From a virus (taxonomy: Duplodnaviria; Caudoviricetes), in the IMG/VR virus record IMGVR_UViG_3300005662_000113, positions 1 through 35,181 of that record: a stretch of DNA of 35,181 nucleotides. One strand, written 5' to 3'. The notes beneath the pieces were generated by a model that searched no databases, had not been told where the DNA came from, and saw only the letters and a list, made by a program, of their open reading frames with translations. Below, piece after piece: positions 1 through 8,700 of the stretch. Position 1 is the stretch's first letter. Each line of letters opens with the position of its first letter. A program made the translations under genes and the position numbers.

Positions 1-29
1 CTGATTGTCATAGTTATAGGGTTCTCCAT
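1..29 (-). CDS. 5' end of a divergently transcribed gene, truncated by the window edge (M-E-N-P-I-T-M-T-I...)
   Basis: Minus strand reads ATG GAG AAC CCT ATA ACT ATG ACA ATC, with in-frame ATGs at 29 and 11. GGAG at 27-24 could serve the ATG at 11, and a promoter-like TTGACA lies upstream. Too short to assign a product. Confidence 0.45.
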
Positions 30-33
30 TACT

Positions 34-56
34 TATATAATAACACATTTTGTCAA
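34..56 (-). promoter_or_regulatory. Candidate minus-strand promoter TTGACA-N11-TATATA
   Basis: Reverse complement of 56..31 is TTGACAAAATGTGTTATTATATAAGT. The -35 hexamer is perfect, but the spacing to the best -10-like box (11 nt) is not canonical for sigma70. Confidence 0.4.
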
Positions 57-59
57 GAA

Positions 60-65
60 TAAATA
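60..65 (+). promoter_or_regulatory. Late-promoter-like TAAATA upstream of the first structural gene
   Basis: AATAAATAG lies 20 nt upstream of the probable ATG at 86, with AAGGA at 72-76. It resembles the T4 gp55 late promoter TATAAATA and recurs at 5762 and 23558. Confidence 0.55.
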
Positions 66-85
66 GACTAAAAGGAATATTTCTT

Positions 86-1114
86 ATGGCGCTTTCGCTC
101 AATCCGTTCTCCTCAATTCTTAGTTCAGCCAAGAACGCTGTCAGCTCTGTTACTAATCAATTTGGTGGTGGATTTGGCAGCGGTGGCATGAATGCTGACA
201 TGCAAGGTTTAGAAGATAAAGTAAACACACTAGGTGGCGGCATTGGTTCGCCTCTAAACGGTCTCACAGGCGGCGGCTTCCCAAGTGTTGGAACAGCAAT
301 GGGAGGCATTGGAGGCATCAGTAATGCCGCTGGAGATATCGGTCGTGCAATTAGCGGTGCCGGCATTGGCGGAGCAATAGGTAGCCTTGGGGGAATCGCT
401 GGAGCAATTTCTTCAGCAGCAGGACAATTGAATAATGTCCTTAGCTTGTTTAGAGGTAAGAATTTACCAGCTGCTGGAGAGCTATTTGAACAGCGTGGAT
501 CTTTTGTAGAACTACAATCAGGCAATGCCGAAGATTGGCGTGTTAGAATCAACTGCAACTTTGGCCTATTTGGAGCCGGCTCATTTGGTCTACTAGAAGG
601 AACCAACGGAGTAGTCTGGCCTTTCAACCCTTCAATTACAATTGCTACTAAAGCAAATTATTCGGCGCTTGACCCAGTACACAGCAATTATCCCTTCCAG
701 GCATATAAAAGCAGTTCAGTTGATGATATACAAATTTCCGGAGATTTCAGTTGCGAAACAGAAGACGATGCTGCCTACTGGATACAGGCAACAACATTCT
801 TTAAAGCCTCTACCAAGATGTTCTTTGGTGCAAGTACAAATGCAGGTAATCCTCCGGTAATCTGCAACCTAAGTGGCTACGGTCCCGGAGTACTAAATTC
901 TATTCCTGTGGTGATAAAAAGTTTTTCAGTTGAGCTGCCTGAAGATGTAAACTATATTAAATGCTCTTCTAACAATTTTCGTCAGGCAACATGGGTTCCT
1001 ATTCTCAGCAAGATATCTGTAACAGTAGCTCCTATATACAATAGAAGCAAGCTGCGTCAGTTTAGTCTACAAGAATACGCATCGGGGCAAATGAGCACCA
1101 GAGGATATATCTAA
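86..1114 (+). CDS. Baseplate tail-tube cap/initiator-like protein (gp48/gp54/CIS-tube-like C-terminal domain) with Gly-rich N-terminal extension
   Basis: The start is more likely ATG 86 (AAGGA at 72-76) than TTG 50. The C-terminal domain WPFNPSITI...IQISGDF...GNPPVICNLSGYG...PVVIKSFSVELP resembles tube-fold baseplate proteins, and the gene sits immediately before the gp53-like gene. Confidence 0.55.
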   Translation: MALSLNPFSSILSSAKNAVSSVTNQFGGGFGSGGMNADMQGLEDKVNTLGGGIGSPLNGLTGGGFPSVGTAMGGIGGISNAAGDIGRAISGAGIGGAIGSLGGIAGAISSAAGQLNNVLSLFRGKNLPAAGELFEQRGSFVELQSGNAEDWRVRINCNFGLFGAGSFGLLEGTNGVVWPFNPSITIATKANYSALDPVHSNYPFQAYKSSSVDDIQISGDFSCETEDDAAYWIQATTFFKASTKMFFGASTNAGNPPVICNLSGYGPGVLNSIPVVIKSFSVELPEDVNYIKCSSNNFRQATWVPILSKISVTVAPIYNRSKLRQFSLQEYASGQMSTRGYI

Positions 1115-1117
1115 TCT

Positions 1118-1435
1118 ATGGCTACTCAATCTAACACAGTTAAATACAAAAAGACCAGCCCTTGGGCTACTACGCAACAAAATAGATTATATCTTGATTT
1201 GTTGGCAATCCGACCAGTACCTGCAGAAAGTGACGATTTTAAATATGTAATAGAAAATCAATATCGTCATAGACCAGATCTGTTAGCCTATGATTTATAC
1301 GGTGATGCCAAGTTGTGGTGGGTGTTTATTCAACGGAACATGGACATTATTAAAGATCCTATCTATGACTTTGAGCCCGGTACTGTAATTCTTATTCCTA
1401 AGAAATCAAATTTACAAAATTATCTAGGAATCTAA
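1118..1435 (+). CDS. gp53: Baseplate wedge protein, T4 gp53-like (LysM-like fold)
   Basis: Motif HRPDLLAYDLYGDAKLWWVFIQRN...GTVILIP matches the gp53/gpX LysM-like signature. Size and position before the hub and spike genes agree. Confidence 0.8.
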   Translation: MATQSNTVKYKKTSPWATTQQNRLYLDLLAIRPVPAESDDFKYVIENQYRHRPDLLAYDLYGDAKLWWVFIQRNMDIIKDPIYDFEPGTVILIPKKSNLQNYLGI

Positions 1436-1436
1436 T

Positions 1437-3809
1437 ATGTGGGATAATTTCGGATTTAAGGGAAGTGCTTTTGAAAATGACCCTGGTGTAAAAAATGTCG
1501 CCAAAGGAGTTGCTTCGGTTGTAACTGGTGCCACCGAAGCATTGGCTAGCTGCAAGATTAGCGACTTTGCTAAAATAGCTGATACTGATTTTTATAGTCT
1601 TGCTGGATTTTTTAAAGAATCAACGGCCGGCGGCCCTCCGTATGAAAATGTGTTAGAGCAGTTTGCATCATATACTCCGTTATGGACATTGGCGTGTCTT
1701 AGTCCAAACCAATTTAATGATCCTAGCTCATATCGAGGAAATCCAGCTGCCTTGGAAAATGTGATATTTTCCTCAGCAGGTCGATTTGCCGGACAGCGAA
1801 CACAGACTATTGTAGGAGCCCCTGAATATTTTGTCAATAATTTTGATATGCGCATGACGCTTGCAGCAACAAAAGCCAGCGGTTCGACCAATGTTATTAA
1901 TTTTTCCTTTGAAGTCTTCGAACCATATTCAATGGGATTCTTTATTCACAGCCTACAGACAGCAGCTATCAATGCAGGATATCCTAATTATAACGGAACT
2001 CCGTACCTATTAAAATTAGAATTTGTTGGCCATAGAGACAACGGACAAATGTTTGGCAGCAGTGAAGCATTAAACAAATATTTTGTAATACAATTTACAA
2101 AAGTTAACTTTACAACCAACGAGGGCGGCAGCACCTACAAATGCGAAGCAGTACCCTGCAACCATCTAGGATTTACCAATGTTGCCCAACAGATTGTAAA
2201 CAATATCAAACTTCGCGGAGAAAACATAAAAGAAATGTTAGTAGCTGGAAATACCAGCTTATGCAGTATTCTTAACAAAGCACAGCAAGATCTAGTTCCC
2301 AAGACTCAGGCAAAAGCCGATCAGTATATTATTGTATTCCCAGAAAAATGGAATGATCCAGTCGGTCTTCCTAGCTCCGGCGCAGAACAGTACCAGGATC
2401 TATTATTTGCAATATTAGATTTGGCATTGCCTGAATCGTCCCCACTCAAGGGTAGAACTGGTCAAGACTCCCAAAGCTTCGGCGACGGTATTATAGGAAA
2501 TAGCAGTTTGGGGTTTGGACCTAACTCTGGAGGAAACATAAATTTTGGATTTGAAAGCGATGTCACAGATGAAGCCACAGGTCTAATAAAAAGAAACTCG
2601 CTTACTATCGATCCCAAACAGCGAGAGTTTTCTTTTGAAGCCGGAGTAACAATTCAGAATGTAATACAAGAAGTTATTCTTAGTTCAGAGTATGCAAAAA
2701 ATGCTATAGACCCGTCAAATTTAGATAACGAAGGAAGAATAAGTTGGTTCAGGGTTGATGTACAAATTGAAATTGGAGATTACGATTCTATAAGAAATTG
2801 TCGTCAGCGTACTTATATTTTTAGAGTATTGCCTTTCATGGTCCACTCTAGTGTGTTTAGAAGCCCTACGGCTAATCCTCCGGGATATCCAGGACTTAAC
2901 AAAATTATTGGAAAAGAATACAAATATATCTACACAGGGCAAAACAATGATGTTTTGAAATTTGACATACAGGTCAATCAATTATTCCACACAGGTAAAC
3001 AACCTACTCCGGCAGAAAATAGCGGATCAGTTGCTGTAACTAGAACTACGCAGTCATATGAAGAGCCTGATCAAATTGAAAAGACTCCCGAGACAGGTTC
3101 AGTAGATGCTTCAACCACTCCTGATGCTGCTCCAGGATTTGGTGACATGGAAATGACCAAACAAACAACCAAGGGTGGACCCGGCACACAAGATGTGGCC
3201 CGACGAGTAGCAGAAACGCTAAAAAATGCTATTCTAAATCAAGGCACCGGTGATATGACTAAAATTAATTTAGAGATCATAGGCGATCCTTATTGGATCA
3301 CCGACAGCGGTATGGGAAACTATCTTGGAGATGAATATGACGGTAATCCTTATCTTATGCGAGATGCCAATGGCAGTGTAAACTATCAAGGTGCAGATAC
3401 ACATATTAGAATAATTTTTAGAACGCCGGTAGAACCTAATCTTGGAACTTCGGGCGTAGGCGGACTGTACAATTTTCCGCCTAATGAACCGATAAATCCC
3501 TACAGCGGAATTTATAAAGTTCTCTATTGCAATAGTAAATTTAGTGACGGAAAATTTACACAATCAATAGAAGCCACTCGCATGCCAAACCAGCCACAAG
3601 ACTACGATCCCTACAAAGGACCAAGTAAAAACCCATTGGCGTCAGACATCAAGACACAAGACAAGCCATCTACCAGCGTCAATGACGAGGATACAGCCTA
3701 CAATGACGATGGATATGCAATTGGTATTGATGTGCTAGACGAAACAGGCGCAGTGAGCAGTCTAAAACGCAATCCCGAAACAGGCGAACTATATGACCCA
3801 GGACAATAA
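1437..3809 (+). CDS. Baseplate hub protein, gp27/gpD/VgrG-N-like
   Basis: Lies between the gp53-like and gp5-like genes. C-terminal LEIIGDPYW...YSGIYKVLYCNSKFSDGKFTQSIEATR matches the GDP...SGxYxV...FxQ pattern of hub proteins. Confidence 0.6.
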   Translation: MWDNFGFKGSAFENDPGVKNVAKGVASVVTGATEALASCKISDFAKIADTDFYSLAGFFKESTAGGPPYENVLEQFASYTPLWTLACLSPNQFNDPSSYRGNPAALENVIFSSAGRFAGQRTQTIVGAPEYFVNNFDMRMTLAATKASGSTNVINFSFEVFEPYSMGFFIHSLQTAAINAGYPNYNGTPYLLKLEFVGHRDNGQMFGSSEALNKYFVIQFTKVNFTTNEGGSTYKCEAVPCNHLGFTNVAQQIVNNIKLRGENIKEMLVAGNTSLCSILNKAQQDLVPKTQAKADQYIIVFPEKWNDPVGLPSSGAEQYQDLLFAILDLALPESSPLKGRTGQDSQSFGDGIIGNSSLGFGPNSGGNINFGFESDVTDEATGLIKRNSLTIDPKQREFSFEAGVTIQNVIQEVILSSEYAKNAIDPSNLDNEGRISWFRVDVQIEIGDYDSIRNCRQRTYIFRVLPFMVHSSVFRSPTANPPGYPGLNKIIGKEYKYIYTGQNNDVLKFDIQVNQLFHTGKQPTPAENSGSVAVTRTTQSYEEPDQIEKTPETGSVDASTTPDAAPGFGDMEMTKQTTKGGPGTQDVARRVAETLKNAILNQGTGDMTKINLEIIGDPYWITDSGMGNYLGDEYDGNPYLMRDANGSVNYQGADTHIRIIFRTPVEPNLGTSGVGGLYNFPPNEPINPYSGIYKVLYCNSKFSDGKFTQSIEATRMPNQPQDYDPYKGPSKNPLASDIKTQDKPSTSVNDEDTAYNDDGYAIGIDVLDETGAVSSLKRNPETGELYDPGQ

Positions 3810-5306
3810 ATGGCACAAGTAAAAAGAGAAGTAGCAAGTAAATCAAGTGATATTTCAGGAGGTCCCTATCTTGCTAAAATTATCAGTCACCTAGATCCTA
3901 CATTCATGGGTGGTCTAGAAGTTACTCTATTAAGACCAGACGGCAACAGTGTTGGAGAAGGCGGTCAGACATACCCTGTAAGATATGCTAGCCCCTTTGC
4001 CGGTCAAACGGCATTTGAGTTTCAAGGAGCAAATTCAGATGATTTCAATGACACTCAGAAAAGTTATGGTTTTTGGTTTGTACCTCCCGATGTAGGTAAT
4101 ACAGTGTTGGTATTTTTTGTTGAAGGCGATCCTAGTCAAGGCTATTGGCTAGCCTGCGTTCCCGACAAATTTTCAAATCACATGACGCCAGGTATTGCAG
4201 CCAGTCAAGCTGTGGCTTTTGCTGAAGGCGAAGAAGAAAAATATGATACTAAAACTGTGCCAGTTGCAGAAGCAAATCGCCGTGCCAACGCTCTAGAAGA
4301 AAACACAGAAATTGATAAAATTAAAAGAGCAGTACATCCTATTGCAGATCATTTCTTAGAAGAAGGATTATTAGAAGACGATGTTAGGGGTATAACATAT
4401 TCTACCAGTCGTAGGAATGTTCCTAGTAGTGTGTATGGTATTTCAACTCCCGGCCCGCTTGACCGTAGAGATGGTGCTAAGAAAACATTTATCGGTAAAA
4501 CAGAAAGTCAAAGTCCTTTGCCCGTACCTGTTAGTAGACTAGGTGGCAGTCAATTTGTCATGGATGACGGCGATGATCGCTATCAGCGTAGGACCACCGC
4601 CAGCGAAGGTGGGTATGATTATGCTGATACACTTGACGGCGATGCTGGCGAACCGACTATACCTTCAGATGAATATATTAGATTGCGTACACGAACAGGA
4701 CATCAGTTGTTGTTACATACTAGTGAAGATTTGATCTATATCGGCAACAGTAGAGGCACCAGTTGGATTGAAATGACCAGCGATGGCAAGATTGATATCT
4801 TTGCTGAAGATAGTGTAAGTATTCACACAAAGCAAGATTTAAACATTAGAGCAGATCGTGATATCAACATGGAAGCTGGCAGAAATATCAATATGAGGTC
4901 AGTTGAAAGATTTCATACAGAATCCGGTGGCGACACAGAAATAGTTGTCGGAGCTAACGGCAACATAACAACTATAGGTAATATGAACATTGGTACCGGT
5001 ATTGCAAATTATTTTAGTGCAGGCGGCAATACTAATATACTAAGCGGCGGATCACATTTTGAAACAGCCTCAACTATTCATATGAATGGTATCCCTGCAA
5101 CACCAGCTACTCCTGCATTTACTCTTGGACTACACGATAATGTTGTAGTTGATCCATCAGCAGTTGAATGGAAAGAAACAAGGTACCAATCTGAAGAACC
5201 ACTTTCTAGCATTATGAAGCGTGTACCAATGCACGAACCGTGGTCCGGCCACGAAAACTTAGACCCGTTAGCAGTAAAACCTGATCTAACAGATAGAGAG
5301 GCATAA
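3810..5306 (+). CDS. gp5: Baseplate central spike, gp5/gpV/VgrG-C-like (OB-fold plus beta-helix), no lysozyme domain
   Basis: OB-fold signature GFWFVPPDVGNTVLVFFVEGDPSQGYWLAC; RLRTRTGHQLLL...WIEMTSDGKIDI; roughly 8-residue beta-helix repeats (DLNIRADR DINMEAGR NINMRSVE) ending in IHMNG. Confidence 0.8.
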   Translation: MAQVKREVASKSSDISGGPYLAKIISHLDPTFMGGLEVTLLRPDGNSVGEGGQTYPVRYASPFAGQTAFEFQGANSDDFNDTQKSYGFWFVPPDVGNTVLVFFVEGDPSQGYWLACVPDKFSNHMTPGIAASQAVAFAEGEEEKYDTKTVPVAEANRRANALEENTEIDKIKRAVHPIADHFLEEGLLEDDVRGITYSTSRRNVPSSVYGISTPGPLDRRDGAKKTFIGKTESQSPLPVPVSRLGGSQFVMDDGDDRYQRRTTASEGGYDYADTLDGDAGEPTIPSDEYIRLRTRTGHQLLLHTSEDLIYIGNSRGTSWIEMTSDGKIDIFAEDSVSIHTKQDLNIRADRDINMEAGRNINMRSVERFHTESGGDTEIVVGANGNITTIGNMNIGTGIANYFSAGGNTNILSGGSHFETASTIHMNGIPATPATPAFTLGLHDNVVVDPSAVEWKETRYQSEEPLSSIMKRVPMHEPWSGHENLDPLAVKPDLTDREA

Positions 5307-5308
5307 AA

Positions 5309-5743
5309 ATGGCAAAACTTTACAATCAACAATCAGTAGCAACAAATAAAGCTACAACTGCACAAACATCATCTAGTTTTAGATACAAGGGATTTAGTTC
5401 TAACGAAACTAAAAACAACTTTAAGCTCTACGATATTGAGTTAGTCAAGCGAGATCTAATGAATCACTTTTATATTCGTAAAGGTGAAAAATTAGAAAAT
5501 CCTAACTTTGGAACAATTATCTGGGACATGCTATTTGAAAATTTTACTGCTGAAGTTCGCCGTTTAATTACAGAAGATGTAGAACAAATCATCAACTATG
5601 ACCCACGAGTTAAGGTCAATACTTTAACAATTGACAGTACAGATCAAGGTATAAGAATACAAGCAGACATTGTTTATCTGCCGTTTAATGTCAACGAGCG
5701 CATGACTTTTGACTTTGACAAAACAAACAACATAGTAAACTGA
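5309..5743 (+). CDS. gp25: Baseplate wedge/sheath initiator, gp25/gpW-like
   Basis: Motif DIELVKRDLMNHFYIRKGEKLENPNFGTIIWDMLFE...YDPRV is the gp25 family signature, and the gene precedes gp6. Confidence 0.9.
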   Translation: MAKLYNQQSVATNKATTAQTSSSFRYKGFSSNETKNNFKLYDIELVKRDLMNHFYIRKGEKLENPNFGTIIWDMLFENFTAEVRRLITEDVEQIINYDPRVKVNTLTIDSTDQGIRIQADIVYLPFNVNERMTFDFDKTNNIVN

Positions 5744-5757
5744 CCAGTTTATTTTTT
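5736..5757 (+). terminator. Short AT-rich inverted repeat plus T6, a weak terminator-like or operator-like element
   Basis: TAAACTG-AC-CAGTTTA (5736-5751) overlaps the gp25 TGA and is followed by TTTTTT (5752-5757). The stem is weak. Confidence 0.3.
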
Positions 5758-5761
5758 AGGG

Positions 5762-5767
5762 TAAATA
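5762..5767 (+). promoter_or_regulatory. Late-promoter-like TAAATA upstream of gp6
   Basis: GGGTAAATAT lies in the largest internal intergenic gap (45 bp), 21 nt upstream of ATG 5789. Confidence 0.55.
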
Positions 5768-5788
5768 TGTGATAGGGCAATAAAAACA

Positions 5789-8700
5789 ATGACTACGACT
5801 ACAAGACAAACAAATTTAATATTAAATCAGGATTGGACAAGGATCTATCAGACCTTCAAAAATGCTGATTTCAAAAGCTACGACTTTGAAAATTTGCGTA
5901 GAGTTATTATCACATATTTGCGTGAAAATTATCCTGAAGATTTCAACGACTACATTGAAAGTTCGGAGTATCTAGCAATAATTGATGCTGTGGCTTTTCT
6001 TGGACAAAGTCTAGCGTTTCGTATCGACCTTGCCAGCAGAGAAAACTTTATTGAATTAGCATCTCGTAGAGAAAGCGTCCTTCGCATAGCTCGTATGTTG
6101 AGCTATAATGCGAAGAGGAATATTGCCAGCAAAGGTCTTTTGAAATTCGATACTGTTAGTACCACGGAAAACATCCTTGATGCCAACGGAAAAAATCTTG
6201 CCCGCCAAATTATTCAGTGGAATGATTCTACAAATCCTAACTGGAAAGAACAGTTTAATACCATACTAAATGCTGCTATGGCAGATAACACCGAAATTGG
6301 CCGCAGTCAAGGCACCGCTACAATTCAGGGTATTCCTACAGAGCAATACAGGTTTAGAACAACTAGCAGAGATATACCAATTTTTAGCTTTAACAAGAAT
6401 GTTGCAGGTAGAGCAATGCCTTTTGAAATGGTTAGTACAGCATTCAAAGGCAGTGAAGAAATATACGAAGAACCTCCAGTTCCCGGAAATCAGCTTGGCT
6501 TCGTATACAAGTCAGACGGTAAAGGTGCTGCTAGTACCAACACTGGATTTTTCTTGATGTTTAAACAAGGAAGTCTAGAACTTGCAGACTTTTCAATAGC
6601 AGTTCCAACCACCAATGAAAAAGTGGCAATAGATGCTGATAACATTAATAACAGTGATGTATGGTTATTTAAATTAGCAGCCAATGGTGCTCAGTTAGAT
6701 TCGTGGACACAGGTATCTAATCTAGTAGGTAACAACATTGCCTATAACAGTATTGAAAAAAATATTAGAAATATCTATTCTATATCTACAAAAAATTCAG
6801 ATAGAATTGATCTAATATTTGCAGACGGAGTCTACGGAAATCTCCCGCAAGGTCCTTTCCGAGTCTATTATCGTGTAAGTAACGGCCTGTCATACAGCAT
6901 TCTTCCTAATGAAATGCGTGGTATCAATATCGAAGTTCCATATGTAAACAAATCCGGTCAAGGTCATATTCTTAAAATCAGTATGAGCTTGAAATACACA
7001 GTAAGTAACAGTGTTCCTGCTGAATCGGTAGAAAGTATTAGAACAAAGGCTCCTGCACAGTATTACACACAAAATAGAATGATCACCGCTGAAGACTATA
7101 ATCTTGCTCCGTTAGCCAGCAGTCAAGACATACTAAAGGTCAAGGCTATTAACAGAACATCCAGCGGAGTTAGTCGTAATTTTGATATTATTGATGCCAG
7201 CGGAAAATATTCCAGCGTTAATGTCTTTGCTGATGACGGCTTAATTTACAAATCAGAAAGTGAAAAAAGTCTAGCGTTTAAAACTGTTAGTAGAATTGAC
7301 ACAGTTAATTTTGTTCGAAGAAGCATTGAACCGTTATTCACTGACACCGGCGTTTATAATTTCTATTTTACCAAATATGATAAAATTTTGTTTACTGATA
7401 CAAATACACAATGGACACAAATCACTAACGATGTAAATGAAAGCACTGGCTATTTTATCAATGCAGTTGATTTAACTTTGCAAAAGGTAAGTTCTTATAC
7501 AACTAACACTTTAAAATATATTGCATCTGGAGCAATGATTAAATTTGTTCCACCTGCAGGCAAGAGCTTCAAACGAGGAGAGTTGGTTGTCACTGATGCT
7601 AATGATTTAGATCAAACTGATAGAATATGGACTAAGGTTATTCGAGTAGTTGGTGACGGAACTAATGCAGGTCGTGGAACTCTAAGTACCGGCAAAGGTC
7701 CAGTAACTTTTAATGATGCTGTTCCTACAGGAGCAATTGCCAGTAGAATTATTCCAAAATTTGTGAACAATTTGCCAGAAGCATTAGAAACGCAGATTGT
7801 AAATCTATGTGCTGAAAACAAAAACTTTGGTCTTAGATTTGATGTTGCTACAGCATCGTGGAAAATTATCACAGCACCAAACATTGATTTAATCAATGCG
7901 TTTGCCCTTGGTAAGGCAGGCGATACATCTAACAACAATCTTGATACCAGTTGGATTATTGCGTTTATTAAAGAAGCAGACGAATATCAGATTCGTGTTA
8001 GGACACTAAATTATATATTTGGTAGTCTTGAACAAAATAGATTTTATTTTGATGTTAATCAGAAAATCTATGACGGCAAAACTGGTAAAACAATCAAAGA
8101 CCAAATACGAGTTTTAGGTATTAACACTATGCCAAATAATCCTTTTGCATTAAAGCAAGATCTTGTATTTGAAGTTGATGATTCGATTAAGTTTGAAGAT
8201 GGTTATCAAAGCTCAGAAGAAATACAAATTGCATTTAGCGACAGTGATGATGATGGCGTTATTGACAATGCAGATGCATTTGAACAAATTGTTGGAGCTG
8301 ATCAAGATCTAAATTATCTATTCTTTACAGAAGTAGTGGACACCTTTGGTAACATAATTTACACATATTTTGATAACAGTGAAGATTTAATTTTAGTAAG
8401 ACAAAGCGAAGATCAAATCAATATCAACGAGTTCAATGACGGCCAATTGATTTATTTCTACGATAGCGCAGAAGACCGAGTCAAGCGTGTAGATCTAGCG
8501 TCTAACAGTTTAATTCTAGAATCAGGATACCGAGCAAATCTTGGCCGTAGCGGATTAAAATTCCAGTACGTTCACAATGCTAATGTTGATAGAAGAATTG
8601 ATCCTAGCGTCAGCAACATTGTTGATGTTTATCTATTAACAAGAAGCTACGATACAGAATTTAGAAAGTTTCTAGGCGGCGGCCTTGTAACAAAACCAGA

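Noticed and set aside
50-85. TTG start at 50 for the first ORF, as in the ORF track
   Set aside because: It overlaps the divergent promoter elements and lies upstream of the TAAATA motif. ATG 86 has a well-placed AAGGA.
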